This document shows positions 14,964 through 27,809 of a stretch of DNA of 64,000 bases, piece by piece. This DNA comes from Octopus vulgaris (Eukaryota): contig OX597841.1 in assembly GCA_951406725.2 (NCBI GenBank), forward strand, positions 18,600,001 to 18,664,000, in the 5' to 3' direction. Within the stretch, counting starts at the first letter, position 1; every line of letters begins with the position of its first letter. Position numbers and translations under genes: made by a program. Below the pieces are notes generated by a model, which did no database searches, was not told the origin of the DNA, and saw nothing but the letters and a program-made list of their open reading frames with translations.

Positions 14964-15432
14964 ATTTTTGTCATACCACATTTTTTCTCCCTACTTTTTA
15001 CACACACACACACACACATATTCACATGCTCACACACTCACATACACACTCATATATATATATATATGAGGTGGTGCAATGGCCCAGTGGTTAGGGCAGC
15101 GGACTTGCGGTTGGAGGATCGCGGTTTCGATTCCCAGACCAAGCGTTGTGAGTGTTTATTGAGCGAAAACGCCTAAAAACTCCACGAGGCTCCGGCAGGG
15201 GGTGGTGGCGATCCCTGCTGTACTCTTTCACCACAACTTTCTCTCACTCTTTCTTCTGTTGGCCTGCTCACTTAGCCAGCGGGGGTGGCATCATTTGAAG
15301 GCTAAAACAATGAGAAGCGCATTGTGACCAGCGATGTGTAGCAACATCTGATAGCCTGGTCGGTCATGGTGATCACGGTGATATATATATATAGATATTT
15401 CCTATTTTGAATTTGTTTTCCTTTCATTTCAG

Positions 15433-15522
15433 AATTCAGTCCATCATTTTGTGCCAACATTGACTACTACAGACAAAGTTACGACAGAGTGGATCAAGCC
15501 AGTACTTCCATGGCCATCATTC
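15433..15522 (+). CDS. CACNG: TARP/stargazin-like (CACNG family) internal exon, first extracellular loop
   Basis: Pyrimidine tract ...ctttcatttcAG acceptor and C|GTAAGT donor; 90 bp, phase 1-1; translates xFSPSFCANIDYYRQSYDRVDQASTSMAIIR, matching the C-x-x-I-D-Y...T..I+R segment preceding TM2 in CACNG proteins; splices in frame to 19191. Confidence 0.85.
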
Positions 15523-15894
15523 GTAAGTTCGCCCTGTTTCACTTGCCACTAAGTTCTTTCAGCCTTAACTGTCTCCTTTCTAATTCTTTGTTCTAAAACA
15601 AAAAGAATGTCCCATGTGTGTGGGTGTGTATGACACCCTATCTGTGTGCAAGTTCAATTTGATAATTCTGCCTCCGTATAACTCCCTGAGGCTTCATCTT
15701 TGAAGATGGGGGAGGGGACTAGTCAATTACATCAACCCCAGTACTCTACTGGTACTTAATTTATTGAGCCCAGGAGGATAAAAGACAAAATTGACCTTGG
15801 GAGAACTTGAACTCAGAACATAAAGACAGATAAAATGCCGCTAAGCATTTCGCCCAACGTGCTAACAATTCTGCCAGCTCACCACCTTAATAGC

Positions 15895-15936
<42 letters not shown>

Positions 15937-16396
15937 TCTTTCCACTGGAAGCACAAGGCTTCAGATTTGGGGAATGGATTAAGTCAGTTACATCGACCCC
16001 AGTGTATAACTGGTATTTATTTAATAGATGAAAGGCAAAGTCAATCTCAGCAGAATTTGAACTCAGAGCATAGTGACTGGCAAAATATTGCTAAACATTT
16101 CGTCCAGGGTGCTAACAATTCTGCCAGCCTGCCACCTTAATAATAACAATGATGATGATGATGATGATGACAGTGATGATGTTTTCTACTATAGGCACAT
16201 GGCCTGAAATTTGGGGGGAGGAGTCTAGTTGATTGCATCGACCCCAGTGCATAACTGGTACTTAGTTTATCGGCCGCAAAAGGATGAAAGGCAAAGTCAA
16301 CCTCGGTGGAATGTGAACTCAGAATGTGGCAACGGGCGAAATACTCCTAAGCATTTCGCCCAGCATACTAAAGTTTCTGCCAGCTCACCACCTTAA

Positions 16397-16868
16397 TACC
16401 GTAAATCCTCGAGTATAATCCCCTTTTTTCCCAAAAAATTTAAAGGTCAAAATCCCTGGTGCGTACAATATACGAGGTTAAAAATGAAAAATATTTTCTA
16501 AGCAATGTCCGAGTCTCTATTTGCTGTCCAGCAATGTTTATTCAGACGCATTTTGTGATGTCGGGTGCGAAAATACCTTAAATCCTCCATAACTTGCAGT
16601 AAGCAACATTTATTAAACGTTGTTACTGTTATTTCTTTATTTTCTGCAAACAAAAGCACAAAAAAGCTACACGTTTGCATCATGTTATATATAAAATAAT
16701 AATAAAGGACATTACTGTATACAGTTTTACAAACCAAGGACGTTATATAGACCTCCTTGACTCAAGTTAGAGAAGGGGTGAGTATTATACACAAAGTTTA
16801 GGTTTTTCAGAGGTACAGCCCCCTAAAAATCCCCTGCGTATTATACTCAAGGGTGGACTATACTCAAA
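16397..16868. mobile_element. pogo/Tigger-like non-autonomous element
   Basis: Starts TACCGTAAATCCTCGAGTATAA; several TATACTC(A/G)AG-like inverted copies near the 3' end, which is truncated by another insertion. Confidence 0.45.
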
Positions 16869-17396
16869 GTGACTCAGGGTTACAAATATACGAAGCCCAG
16901 TATACCCTTCATGACTACCCACCTGATAAGGGTACACTAGGCACATGCATCACAACCATATGTGCGCGACATGATGATCTCATATCAAGATAAACAGCAC
17001 ATGACCTTGCGGGTGGGGCCCAGTTAGAATTTTCTTCTGGTCAAGTAACCCATCCTGCTCAAAAGGTCCCTGAATAAGGGTTGTTTAAGGATGTTGAACG
17101 AACTACCCATTTTTCCAAAGGTGAATTATCCAAACCCCAAAGAATCCCTCTCAACACATGGCTATGATGCTCTCCCACTACTTCTGCTTGTGATCAGAGA
17201 TGCACATATCATCAGCCACTAAGGGACATGCTCAACTGGTTAAGGTCAAACAACTGACAAGCGAAATCTGTGGTATTGAGCGGAATATCTGCTGTAGCCC
17301 ATCTTTTATACCAAGACAAAACAATGTACATGATAACACTTCCAATCCGTTAAGATCAGAAGCCATGAGAGCCACAGCCTGGTACTGCATCAGGGC

Positions 17397-17451
<55 letters not shown>

Positions 17452-17452
17452 T

Positions 17453-18029
17453 ATTAATCGTGATTCACTGTAACCACATTTGATATAATGATGTACAAAA
17501 GCATTTGCATGTTTCCAGTAATCCCCTATGTCAGTACAAATCCGTTTTATCCTCAAAAATTAGGATTTCGGATTTGACTGAATTACGTGATGATTGGGGC
17601 AGTGTGATGATGTGGGCCTCCAAAATAACTCTGTCACTATTCTGCCTCCAGAAAACTTAACTTTTGTGTCAAAAAATTCAATGCTAGTTTTTGAAAAACT
17701 AGATGTAGGTTTTATGTTGGACTTGAAAGCCACAGTTTTTAGCCTAACAGTCACAGAAATGCAAGAAGTCCATTAAGCTGTGGTCCTTCCCAGACAAAAG
17801 GGACGTCATTAATGAACTGTAACCAATCATCCGCATCACATAATTCAGTGAAATCCGAAATCCCAATTCTTGAGGCTAAAACGGATTTGTACTGACATAG
17901 GGGATTACGGGAAGCATGCAAATACTTTTGTACACTATGTCAAATGTGGTTACAGTGAATCACGATTAATAAATAACAATAATAATAATGATAATAATAA
18001 TGATAATAATAATAATAATAATAATAATG

Positions 18030-18072
<43 letters not shown>

Positions 18073-18174
18073 GAATAATAATAATGATAATAATAATAAT
18101 GATAATAATAATGATAATAATAATAATGATAATAATAATAATGATAATAATGATAATAATAATAATGATAAAGA

Positions 18175-18222
<48 letters not shown>

Positions 18223-18401
18223 TAATAATAATGATAATAATAATAATAATGATAATAATAATAATAATGATAATAAAAATAATAATAATAATAATAATCA
18301 TCATCATTTAACGTCCGCTTTCCATGCTAGCACGGGTTGGCCGATTTGTATCATTATTATTATTATTATTATTATTGTTATTATTATTATTATTATTATT
18401 A

Positions 18402-18433
<32 letters not shown>

Positions 18434-18815
18434 GTTATTATTATTATTAAGGTGGTGAGTTGGCAGAATCATTAGCATGCTGGGCGAAATGCCTAGCAGT
18501 ATTTCATCTGCTGCTACGTTCTAAGCTCAAATTCGGCCGAGGTTAACTTTGCCTTTCATCCTTTTGCAGTCGATAAGCTAAGTACCAGTTAAGTCACAAT
18601 TAAGGGAAATAGCAAATGAAATAGCTAAGATTAGCAAAGATAGTCAAACCTTCATGCATAATTTTAGCAAATACAACACAATAGATGACAGAATTCCTTT
18701 AGTGATTAACAGGCACCGGCATTTCGCTGGCGTTTCAAAAGTGTTGCATGAAAATTACCGGCATGTGGTGGAAAAATATCCTCGTTTCAAACAGGTATTT
18801 CCCCAGCCCCCTATT
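17453..18815. mobile_element. Penelope-like RT/linker fragments in inverted arrangement, interrupted by (AAT)n and SINE pieces
   Basis: Minus 17453-17830: SIEFFDTKVKFSGGRIVTELFWRPT...HCPNH...LRIKRICTD...CGYS; plus 17845-17970 repeats LRLKRICTD...CGYSESRLIN; 18590-18815 RIPLVINRH...VLHENY...FKQVFPQPPIV linker. Confidence 0.75.
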
Positions 18816-19190
18816 GTAACCCTTAGATCGCTGTATTTATACAGTCATATATGTTGCCAGAACATTCTAGAAGTTCTTGAAATTTTTATAAAAAACTTTT
18901 TAAAAGTTCTACAAACTTTCAGAAAGTTTTAAAAATTCTGCCGCCGCAACTCAGTGCCGAATCTGTCTGCAAAGTAATGGAAAATAGGTCAGTTTGGAAG
19001 CATTGATGTCCAGATCAGAAAAGCAAAGTGTGAAGGGAAGAGTAGTCATTTCCTTTGATTTCTAGATAGAAGCAAACAAGAAATAACACTAACCAAAAAA
19101 TAAATAAAAAAAACTTTTTTACATCGTGTACTCTCTCTCCCTCTCTGTCACTTTCTTTCTGTCTTTCACTCTCTATCTCTCTCTATCCAG

Positions 19191-19325
19191 GAGCCATACG
19201 TTTGTCTGCACCATATCCAGTTTTTGCTCTCATCATGATTGTGGTGGCTGCCATAACCAGTGTGATCGGTAACATCAAGACCGATGTGAAAACTTTATTC
19301 GGTGCCATTATTTATGTTTTCTCAG
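19191..19325 (+). CDS. CACNG: TARP/stargazin-like (CACNG family) exon encoding TM2 to start of TM3
   Basis: (CT)n tract + ccAG acceptor, G|GTGAG donor; 135 bp, phase 1-1; RAIRLSAPYPVFALIMIVVAAITSVIGNIKTDVKTLFGAIIYVFSG resembles the TM2/TM3 region of type II TARPs (CACNG5/7). Confidence 0.9.
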
Positions 19326-19608
19326 GTGAGCTACACACATGCAGTTTCTTCCTTTATTCTTCTTTTATTTTGTTTTTGTGTTTGTGCATGTGTGTGTGTG
19401 TATGTATATATATGTGAATATATGTATGTATGTATATATATATATATGTATACAAGTAATGAGAGAGAGGCCACATGTGGTCACTCTAACGCTAGATATA
19501 GATCCACGAAGGGAATCCACCACTAAAGAATTGTTCTCAAGAATTAATTTAACGCGCCAAGAATGTAGGCGGGCAGTACAAATGAAAAATACCGAAAAAA
19601 TAGATTAA

Positions 19609-19681
19609 CTCTAGACAATTGTTTCACCGTTAATAGATTGTGTAATTTTACTTACAAATCATTTTCGGATCTTCAGTAGAG
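19609..19681 (-). ncRNA. Type I hammerhead ribozyme motif (canonical core) in loop of a fold-back element
   Basis: Minus strand: ctcta-CTGAAGA-tccg...cggt-GAAA-caattg-TC-tagag; stem I ctcta/tagag, palindromic stem III ACAATTGT, GUC cleavage triplet. Confidence 0.8.
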
Positions 19682-20137
19682 TATATCAAAAAAATATTAA
19701 TTCTTGAGAACAATTCTTTAGTGATGGATTCCCTTTGCGGATCTATTTCTAGCGTTAGAGTGACCACATGTGGCCTCTCTCTTATTACTTGCATTAATAA
19801 TTTTTACTGTAACCCAGTCTTTATACGCTAGGCCATTTGGTGTTTTAAATTGATGTTATTAATTAATATTCAATTTTTTTCACCCTTATTGTGATTTTAA
19901 TTATATATATATGTATGTATGCATGTATGTATGTATCCTGAGCACATCTGGAGGCATTTGATGTAAACAAATTAATGTATAAGTATATAGGCACAGCCAT
20001 GGCTGTGTTGTAAGAGACTGGATTCCAACCATATGATTCCAGGTTCAGTCCCACTGCATGGCACCTTGAGCCATGTCTTCTGCCATAGTCTCAGCTTGTG
20101 AGTTGATTAGGTAGATATAAACTGAATGAAGCCCATC

Positions 20138-20185
<48 letters not shown>

Positions 20186-21429
20186 TCTTTTACTTGTTTC
20201 AGTCATTTGACTGCGGCTATGCTGGAGCACCGCCTTTTAGTCGAGCAAATCGACCCCGAGACTTATTCTTTGTAAGCCTAGTACTTATTCTATCAGTCTC
20301 TTTTGCCGAATCGCTGAATGACGGGAACATAAACACACCAGCATCGGTTGTCAAGCAATGCTAGGGGACAAACACAGACACACAAACACACACATACACA
20401 TATATATATACATATATACGACAGGCTTCTTTCAGTTTCCGTCTACCAAATCCACTCACAAGGCATTGGTCAGCCCGGGGCTATAGCAGAAGAAACCTGC
20501 CCAAGATCCCACGCAGTGGGACTGAACCCAGAACCATGTGGTTGGTTAGCAAGCTACTTACCACACAACCACCCCTGTGCCCATATATATATATATATAA
20601 ATGATGGGCTTCATTCAGTTTATATCTACCTAATCAACTCACAAGCTGAGACTATGGCAGAAGACACTGGCTCAAGGTGCCATGCAGTGGGACTGAACCT
20701 GGAATCATATGGTTGGAATCCAGCTTCTTACAACACAGCCATGGCTGTGCCTATATACATATACATTAATTTGTTTACATCAAATGCCTCCAGATGTGCT
20801 CAGGATACATACATACATGCATACATACATATATATATATATATGTATATATGTGTGTGTATGTGTGTGTGTGTGCATATGTTGTGTGTGTGTGTGCATA
20901 TGTTGTGTGTCTGTGTTTTTGTCTCCCCAACATCATTTGACAACTGATGTTGGTGTGTTTACATCCCCGTAACTTACCGGTTTGGCAAAAGAGGCCGATT
21001 GAATAAGTACTAGGCTTACAAAGAATAAGTCCTGGAGCCGATTTGTTCAACTAAAGGCGGTGCTCCAGCATGGTTGCAGTTAAATGACTGAAGCAATTAA
21101 AAGAATAAAAGTGTATATATATATATATATATATCACTGTGACCGACCAGGCTTTCAGATGTTGCTACACATCGCTGGTCACAATGCGTTTTGCATTGTT
21201 TTAGCCTTTAAACGATGCCACCCCACTGGCTAAGCAAGCAGGCCAATATATATATATATAAATTGAGGGAATGGAGGAAATAGAATCCAGACTACACATG
21301 TTTCATAGCTGGCAGAACCTCATAAGTAGGAACTACTCAGACAAAGTTCTGCCAGCTACGAAACAAGTGTAGTCTGAATTTTGTCTCCTTCATTCCTGAA
21401 ATTTGGATTTTTATTCACTTACTGCTGGA

Positions 21430-23445
21430 GATTGAAAAAAATCTGCGATTCTCCCATGAAAAAGAAAGAGCAGACAAAGAAGCCTGGGCTATAGACATAA
21501 AATCTAACCCCAGAGCTTTCTACAAGTTTGCCAAAGAAACAGCTTCGGTGTACTGCAGGATAGGGCCACTCCTCGAAAAAGATGGTTCACTCACAGGAAA
21601 CCCAATAAGGGTAAGTGAAATACTAAATGAGCAATTCAAAAGTATTTTCACTCTACCCCTACGACACTTGCCAGTCAGCAATGCAGCTGACTTTTTCGCC
21701 ACAACAGATACAAAAAACAGAGGCAGTGATGACTGGTTACATCAATATAAAAGAAGACGATGTAATAAGGGCAATAGATAAGATGAACCCGAACTCATCT
21801 ACTGGCCCTGATGGATTGCCAGCGATCCTTCTAAAATCATGTGAGTCCTAGTAAGACCACTGCAGTTACTCTTCCAGAGATTCCTTGCAACTGGCAAACT
21901 TCCAAGCAAGCTGAAGGCGGGTAAAGTATGCCCTATTCATAAATGAGACAGCTGAGCAGAGGCCAAAAATTACAGACCTATCTCTCTGACCTCACACATC
22001 AGCAAGGTCATGGAACGAATAGTCAGAAGAAAACTAATCACCTTCCTTGAGGAAAATGACTTGCTGACTGACACCCAACATGGTTTCCAACCAGGAAGAA
22101 GCTGCCTAACTCAGCTCTTACAACATAATGAATGGGTGCGGAAACAGCTGCCCAACCACTCAAATATGGATGAGATATATCTCGAATTTGATCCTGGACA
22201 AAGTTGATCCTGGAATGATGTGTCACAAACTGCGTGATCTTGGCGCAGTTGGAAAATTGGGCAAAATGCTGCTTGACTTTCTGAAGGATAGAAGTCAGGT
22301 GGTAGTAGCCAATGGGGCCACCTCCAATAACACGCAAATAGTGAGCAGTGTTCCGCAAGGCACTGTTTTGGGACCACTACTGTTCATAATGGCCCCCTCA
22401 GCCATGCCCTCAGCCACAAAGAGAGCCACGATCACAAGTTATACAGATGTACAAAAGTCTCACAGGTAATACAGAACCCTGAAGACACTATGCACCTGCA
22501 ATGTGAGCTGGACGGAATATACAAGTGGGCTGAAAAGAATAATATGCAGTTTAATGCTGAAAAGTTTCAAGTCTTGTGCTACCAGCATGCAAAACTAATA
22601 GCAATACCAATAAAATACACTGGACCTGGAGGGATTGCAATCCCAGAGACACAGTCAGTGCGAAACCTGGGCATTTGCATGAGTGATGATGCAACCTTCC
22701 ATGTGCATGTTGCTAAATTGGCAATGAAATGCAAACGACGAACTGGATGGATTCTTAGAACTTTTACAACAAGAGATCAAGAATTCATGATGGTACTCTG
22801 GAGGACACTTGTCCTAAGCCACTTTGACTATTGCTCTCAGCTATGGTCACCAACCAGTGTCAAATTAATCTCAGAACTTGAAGCAGTCCAACGAAGCTAC
22901 ATGAAGATAGCCTCGATGCAGCATACAAGCTACTGGGAAAGACTCAAGAGATTGAGACTATATTCCTTAGAGCGTAGGCGAGAAAGATCTGCCATAATAT
23001 ACATCTGGAAGATCCTGGAAGGACTTGTCCCAAACTTTGGCATTGAGAGTTACACAAATACTAGAACTTGGCGTCACTGCACAGTGCCAAGGACTCCAAA
23101 TTTGCCATCAATGTGTAAGACAAGATATTGCGATAGCCTGGGCTTCAGAGGTCCACAGCTCTTCAATATCCTCCTGAAGGACCTGAGAGACCTGCACGGG
23201 GTGGATGCAGATGTCTTTAAAATAAAGCTGGTCCTCTTCCTGTCAAGTGTCCCAGATGAACCAACTTCGCAGCAGGAGGTGTAGATGAGGGCAGCTGCAT
23301 CAAACTCCAAATGGCAATTGCTAAAAAGCATTTGTGAAGTAAAATCATGTAGCAACACCAAATGGCGGTGCCCCAGCATGGCCGCAGCTCATGAGCTGAA
23401 ACTAGATAAAATAAAAATTAAAAAAATAAATAAATAAAATAAATA
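21430..23445 (+). mobile_element. CR1/L2-like (Jockey-group) LINE ORF2 remnant with stops/frameshifts and A-rich tail
   Basis: NYRPISLTSHISKVMERIV, QHGFQPGRSCLTQLL, SVPQGTVLGPLLF, FNAEKFQV, DYCSQLWSP, LYSLERRRER; (TAAAA)n tail near 23410-23443. Confidence 0.9.
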
Positions 23446-23904
23446 CTCAGTGGCCCCTGCTACTAACTGTGAACTATAGAATAACTTTTCTCAGCTCATT
23501 GAACTTTGATATGGGAAAATACGGGCTGCATGTTGTGTTCTTGAGCAAAGCACTTTACTTCACGTTGCTCCAGTTCACTCAGCTGTAGAAATGAGTTGCG
23601 ACGTCACAGGTGCCAAGCTGTATCGACCTTTGTCTTTCCCTTGGATAACACTGGTGGCGTAGAGAGGGAGGCTGGTATGCATGGGCGACTGCTGGTCTTC
23701 CATAAACAACCTTGCCCGGACTTGTGTCTAGGAGGGTAACTTTCTAGGTGCAATCCCACGGTCATTCATGACCGAAGGGGGTCGTTACCCCTTTTATGCA
23801 ATCTTCTCATCAGGAAAGAAAAGGGGCCTCTCTCAACAAGACAATCAAAAATTTCGATGATTGCCTACATGGTAACCATGCTGAGGATAATTTATTCACC
23901 TACT

Positions 23905-23941
<37 letters not shown>

Positions 23942-24638
23942 ATATAAATATATATAACATACATGCGTAGGAGTGGCTGTGTGCTAAGTAGCTTGCTTAC
24001 GGACCACATGGTTCTGGGTTCAGTCCCACCACGTGGCACCTTGGGCAAGTGTCTTCTGCTATAGCCTCGGGCCGACCAAAGCCTGTGAGTGGATTTGGTA
24101 GACGGAAACTGAAAGAAGACCGTCGTATATATGTATATGTATGTATGTGTGTGTATGTGTTTGTGTGTCTGTGTTTGTCCTCCCAACATCGCTTGACAAC
24201 CGATGCTGGTGTGTTTACGTCTCCGTAACTTAGCGGTTCGGCAAAAGGGTAGGTATAGAATAAGTACTAGGCTTACAAAGAATAAGTGCTGGGGTCGATT
24301 TGCTCGACTAAAGGCGGTGCTCCAGCATGGCCACAGTCAAATGACTGAAACAAGTAAAAGACTAAAGACTAAAGACTTACATAAACACACACAGACATTT
24401 CAAAATTAAATAGACACCCCTCATTATACTGTTCTGTTGGTGCTGTGGACATTACTTTTTAGTACTCTGCTCAAACAGGTTAAATTATTCTAAATTGAAC
24501 AAGGCAGACACAACAAAATCCTTGATCAAATATTCAAAGACATCAAACGACATTATTTGATTTAGAGAATCTTTCAAAACTAATGGCTTCTATTTACTTT
24601 TAACATGCGTTTGTGTGTATGTGTTTGTGTGTGTGTGT

Positions 24639-24684
<46 letters not shown>

Positions 24685-25038
24685 ATATGTGCATACCCAT
24701 ATGTACATATATGTGTGTGTGTGTATATACATACGTATGTATATGTATATATTAGGCAGGATACTGAGTCCTGTCGCATTTTCAATGAGAAAAGGAAAAG
24801 ACACTTATTTGGTTGTAATACTCTTTACTCTTTTACTTGTTTCAGTCATTTGACTGCGGCCATGCTGGAGCACCGCCTTTAATCGAGCAAATCGACCCCG
24901 GGACTTATTCTTTGTAAGCCCAGTACTTATTCTATCGGTCTCTTTTTGCCGAACCGCTAAGTGACGGGGACGTAAACACACCAGCATCGGTTGTCAAGCA
25001 ATGCTAGGGGGACAAACACAGACACACAAACATACACG

Positions 25039-25070
<32 letters not shown>

Positions 25071-25244
25071 CATAAATACGACGGGCTTTTCAGTTTCCGT
25101 CTACCAAAATCCACTCACAAGGCATTGGTCGGCCCGGGGCTATAGCAGAAGACACTTGCCCAAGGTGCCACGCAGTGGGACTGAACCCGGAACCATGTGC
25201 CTGGTAAACAAGCTACTTACCACACAGCCACTCTTACGCCTAAT

Positions 25245-25530
25245 GGATACATTTAATGAAGATAATACTCCAGCCTCATTTTTAATAACCCAATCCCATC
25301 TGGCTGATAAGTTGTTGATCCCATCTGGGGCATAAAAGTCTTCAGGTTTCGATGCAAAAAGAATTGGAATTTCTATTTTTAGCCCTTCTTCATTTTTGAA
25401 CTGTTTTCCCATTTAAATGATTTTGCATTGATCTGAAAAGAGGATAATCTGATGGGGCAAAGTTGGGTGGGTGAGGAGGATGAGCCAAAGCTGCCATATT
25501 AAGCGTGAGGATTTTGTTTTGTGTAATGCA
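25245..25530 (-). mobile_element. Mariner transposase C-terminal fragment (N-terminal part probably 27120-27430)
   Basis: HPPHPPNFAPSDYPLFRSMQNHLNGKQF...FY..GINNLSARW. Confidence 0.8.
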
Positions 25531-27754
25531 AGTTGTCGTGGCCGATGTCAGTGCCACCTGACTGGCACCTGTGCCTGTGGCACGTAAAAAGCACCATTTG
25601 AGCCTGGCTGATGCTAGTGCAGGTGGCACATAAAAAGCACCATTTGAGTGTGGTTGATGTCATTGCCGCCTGACTGGACCCTGTGCCAGTGACACATAAA
25701 AAGCACCATTTGAGTGTGGTTGATGTCATTGCCGCCTGACTGGCCCCTGTGCCAATTGGTATGTAAAAAGCACCCACTGCACACTTGGAGTGGTTGGCAT
25801 TAGGAAGGGCATCCAGCAGTAGAGACCTTGCCAGATTAGACTGGAGCTTGGTGCAGCCTTCTGGCTTGCCAGTCTGCAGTCAAACTGTCCAACCCATGCC
25901 AGCATTCAGAATGAAGGATGATGAGGATGATGATGTTGATGCAGGAGCATCACACCTTTATGATTGACCAATGATGATTGTTTTTTCTGCAAATTTTGAC
26001 TCAGGCGCAGGAGTGGCTGTGTGGTAAGTAGCTTGTTTACCAACCACATGGTTCCGGGTTCAGTCCCACTGCGTGGCACCTTGGGCAAGTGTCTTCTACT
26101 ATAGCCTCGGGCCGACCAAAGCCTTGTGAGTGGATTTGGTAGGCAGAAACTGAAAGAAGCCCATCGTCTATATGTATATATATATATATATATATATGCA
26201 TGTGTGTGCTTGTGTGTCTGTGTTTGTCCCCCTAGCATTGCTTGACAACCGATGCTGGTGTGTTTATGTCCCCGTTACTTAGCGGTTCGGCAAAGGAGAC
26301 CGATAGAATAAGAACTGGGCTTACAAAAGAATAAGTCCTGGGGTCGAGTTGCTCGATTAAAGGTGGTGCTCCAGCATGGCCGCAATCAAATGACTGAAAC
26401 AAGTAAAAAGAGAAAAGAAAGAGAGAGAGTGAATCCCGTTGGTGATCGTAATTACCAATATTAATTGTTTCACTGGAATTCCACACTTCATATTAGTTGT
26501 CACCTTTCATGTCCCTCCAAACACAGAGCATGGCCTTTTCTGGGTGTGGTGTGCTCCTTTTCATTGTCTGATAACCATTGTCTTTTCCTTTGGATATCAT
26601 TGTAAAGCACCCACGTTTCATCATTGGTTGTTACTCTACCTGAAAAGGAGATCACTGGCATTGAAATGCAAATGGTAACACTAATATAAAGTTGAGTAGC
26701 AGCCAGAACATGTGGTCCTCACTTGGCTCAGTTCAGACCCCTTTCCCACTTTGTGTTGTTGTTGTTGTTGAGCGTTTGGGAGAAGTCCGAAAGGTGGTCC
26801 TTTGCTATTCGTGGGACCCACAAAAGAGAAAGCAGCTCAACCCCCGACACCGACAGCATCGACGGATGAATGAATGCGCATCCAGGCCCAGCGGTTGCAT
26901 AGGAAGTCGTGGACAAGAAACAGGATGAAAGAGTGAGAGAAAGTTGGAGTGAAAGAGTACAACAGGGGTTGCCACCACACCCCTGTTGGATCCTCATAGA
27001 GCTTTAGGTATTTTTGCTCAATAAACACACACAACGCTCAGTCTGGGAATCGAAACTGCGATCCTCCGACCGTGAGTCCACTGCCCTAACCACTGGGCCA
27101 TTGCTCCTCCACTGCTGTTGCTGTACCATAGTCCGGTGACGTGTATTGAACATTTTTGCTAATTCTTGTGCAGTTTGTTTTGGATTTTCTTCCACCAAAA
27201 TTCTGTAAAACCTTGAAATTGAAGGAACTTGGTTAACCTGATTGAGGGGAGCCACTGAGGGGCCAAAGTTTCTGGATGGAAATTCTCTAAACCATTGTTA
27301 GCATGTTCAGACAGTTGGAGCTTCATTTTTATAGGCAGAGTCAATATTTCTTGCAGCGTCTTTTGTTGAGCAGCCCTTTTTGCAATCATACATCTCACGT
27401 TGTCTCATTTGTGTCTGAACGATATTCTTTGTCGATGGCTCAGATTGCAGAAATATTAAACAATTTGCTATGAAATCAATGTTGCCTTCTGTATTGGCAA
27501 AGTGCCTTCAAAGTTAAGATGTCTAACATACCCCAGGACTTTGTCTCCAACCTAAAATGTATATAGGTGTATGTATTTATGTATTTATAGGTGCAGGAGT
27601 GGCTGTGTGGTAAGTAGCTTGCTAACCAGCCACATGGTTCCGGGTTCAGTCCCACCGTGTGGCATCTTGGGCAAGTGTCTTCTGCTATAGCCCCGGGCCG
27701 ACCAATGCCTTGTGAGTGGATTTGGTAGACGGAAACTGAAAGAAGCCTGTCGTA

Positions 27755-27809
<55 letters not shown>

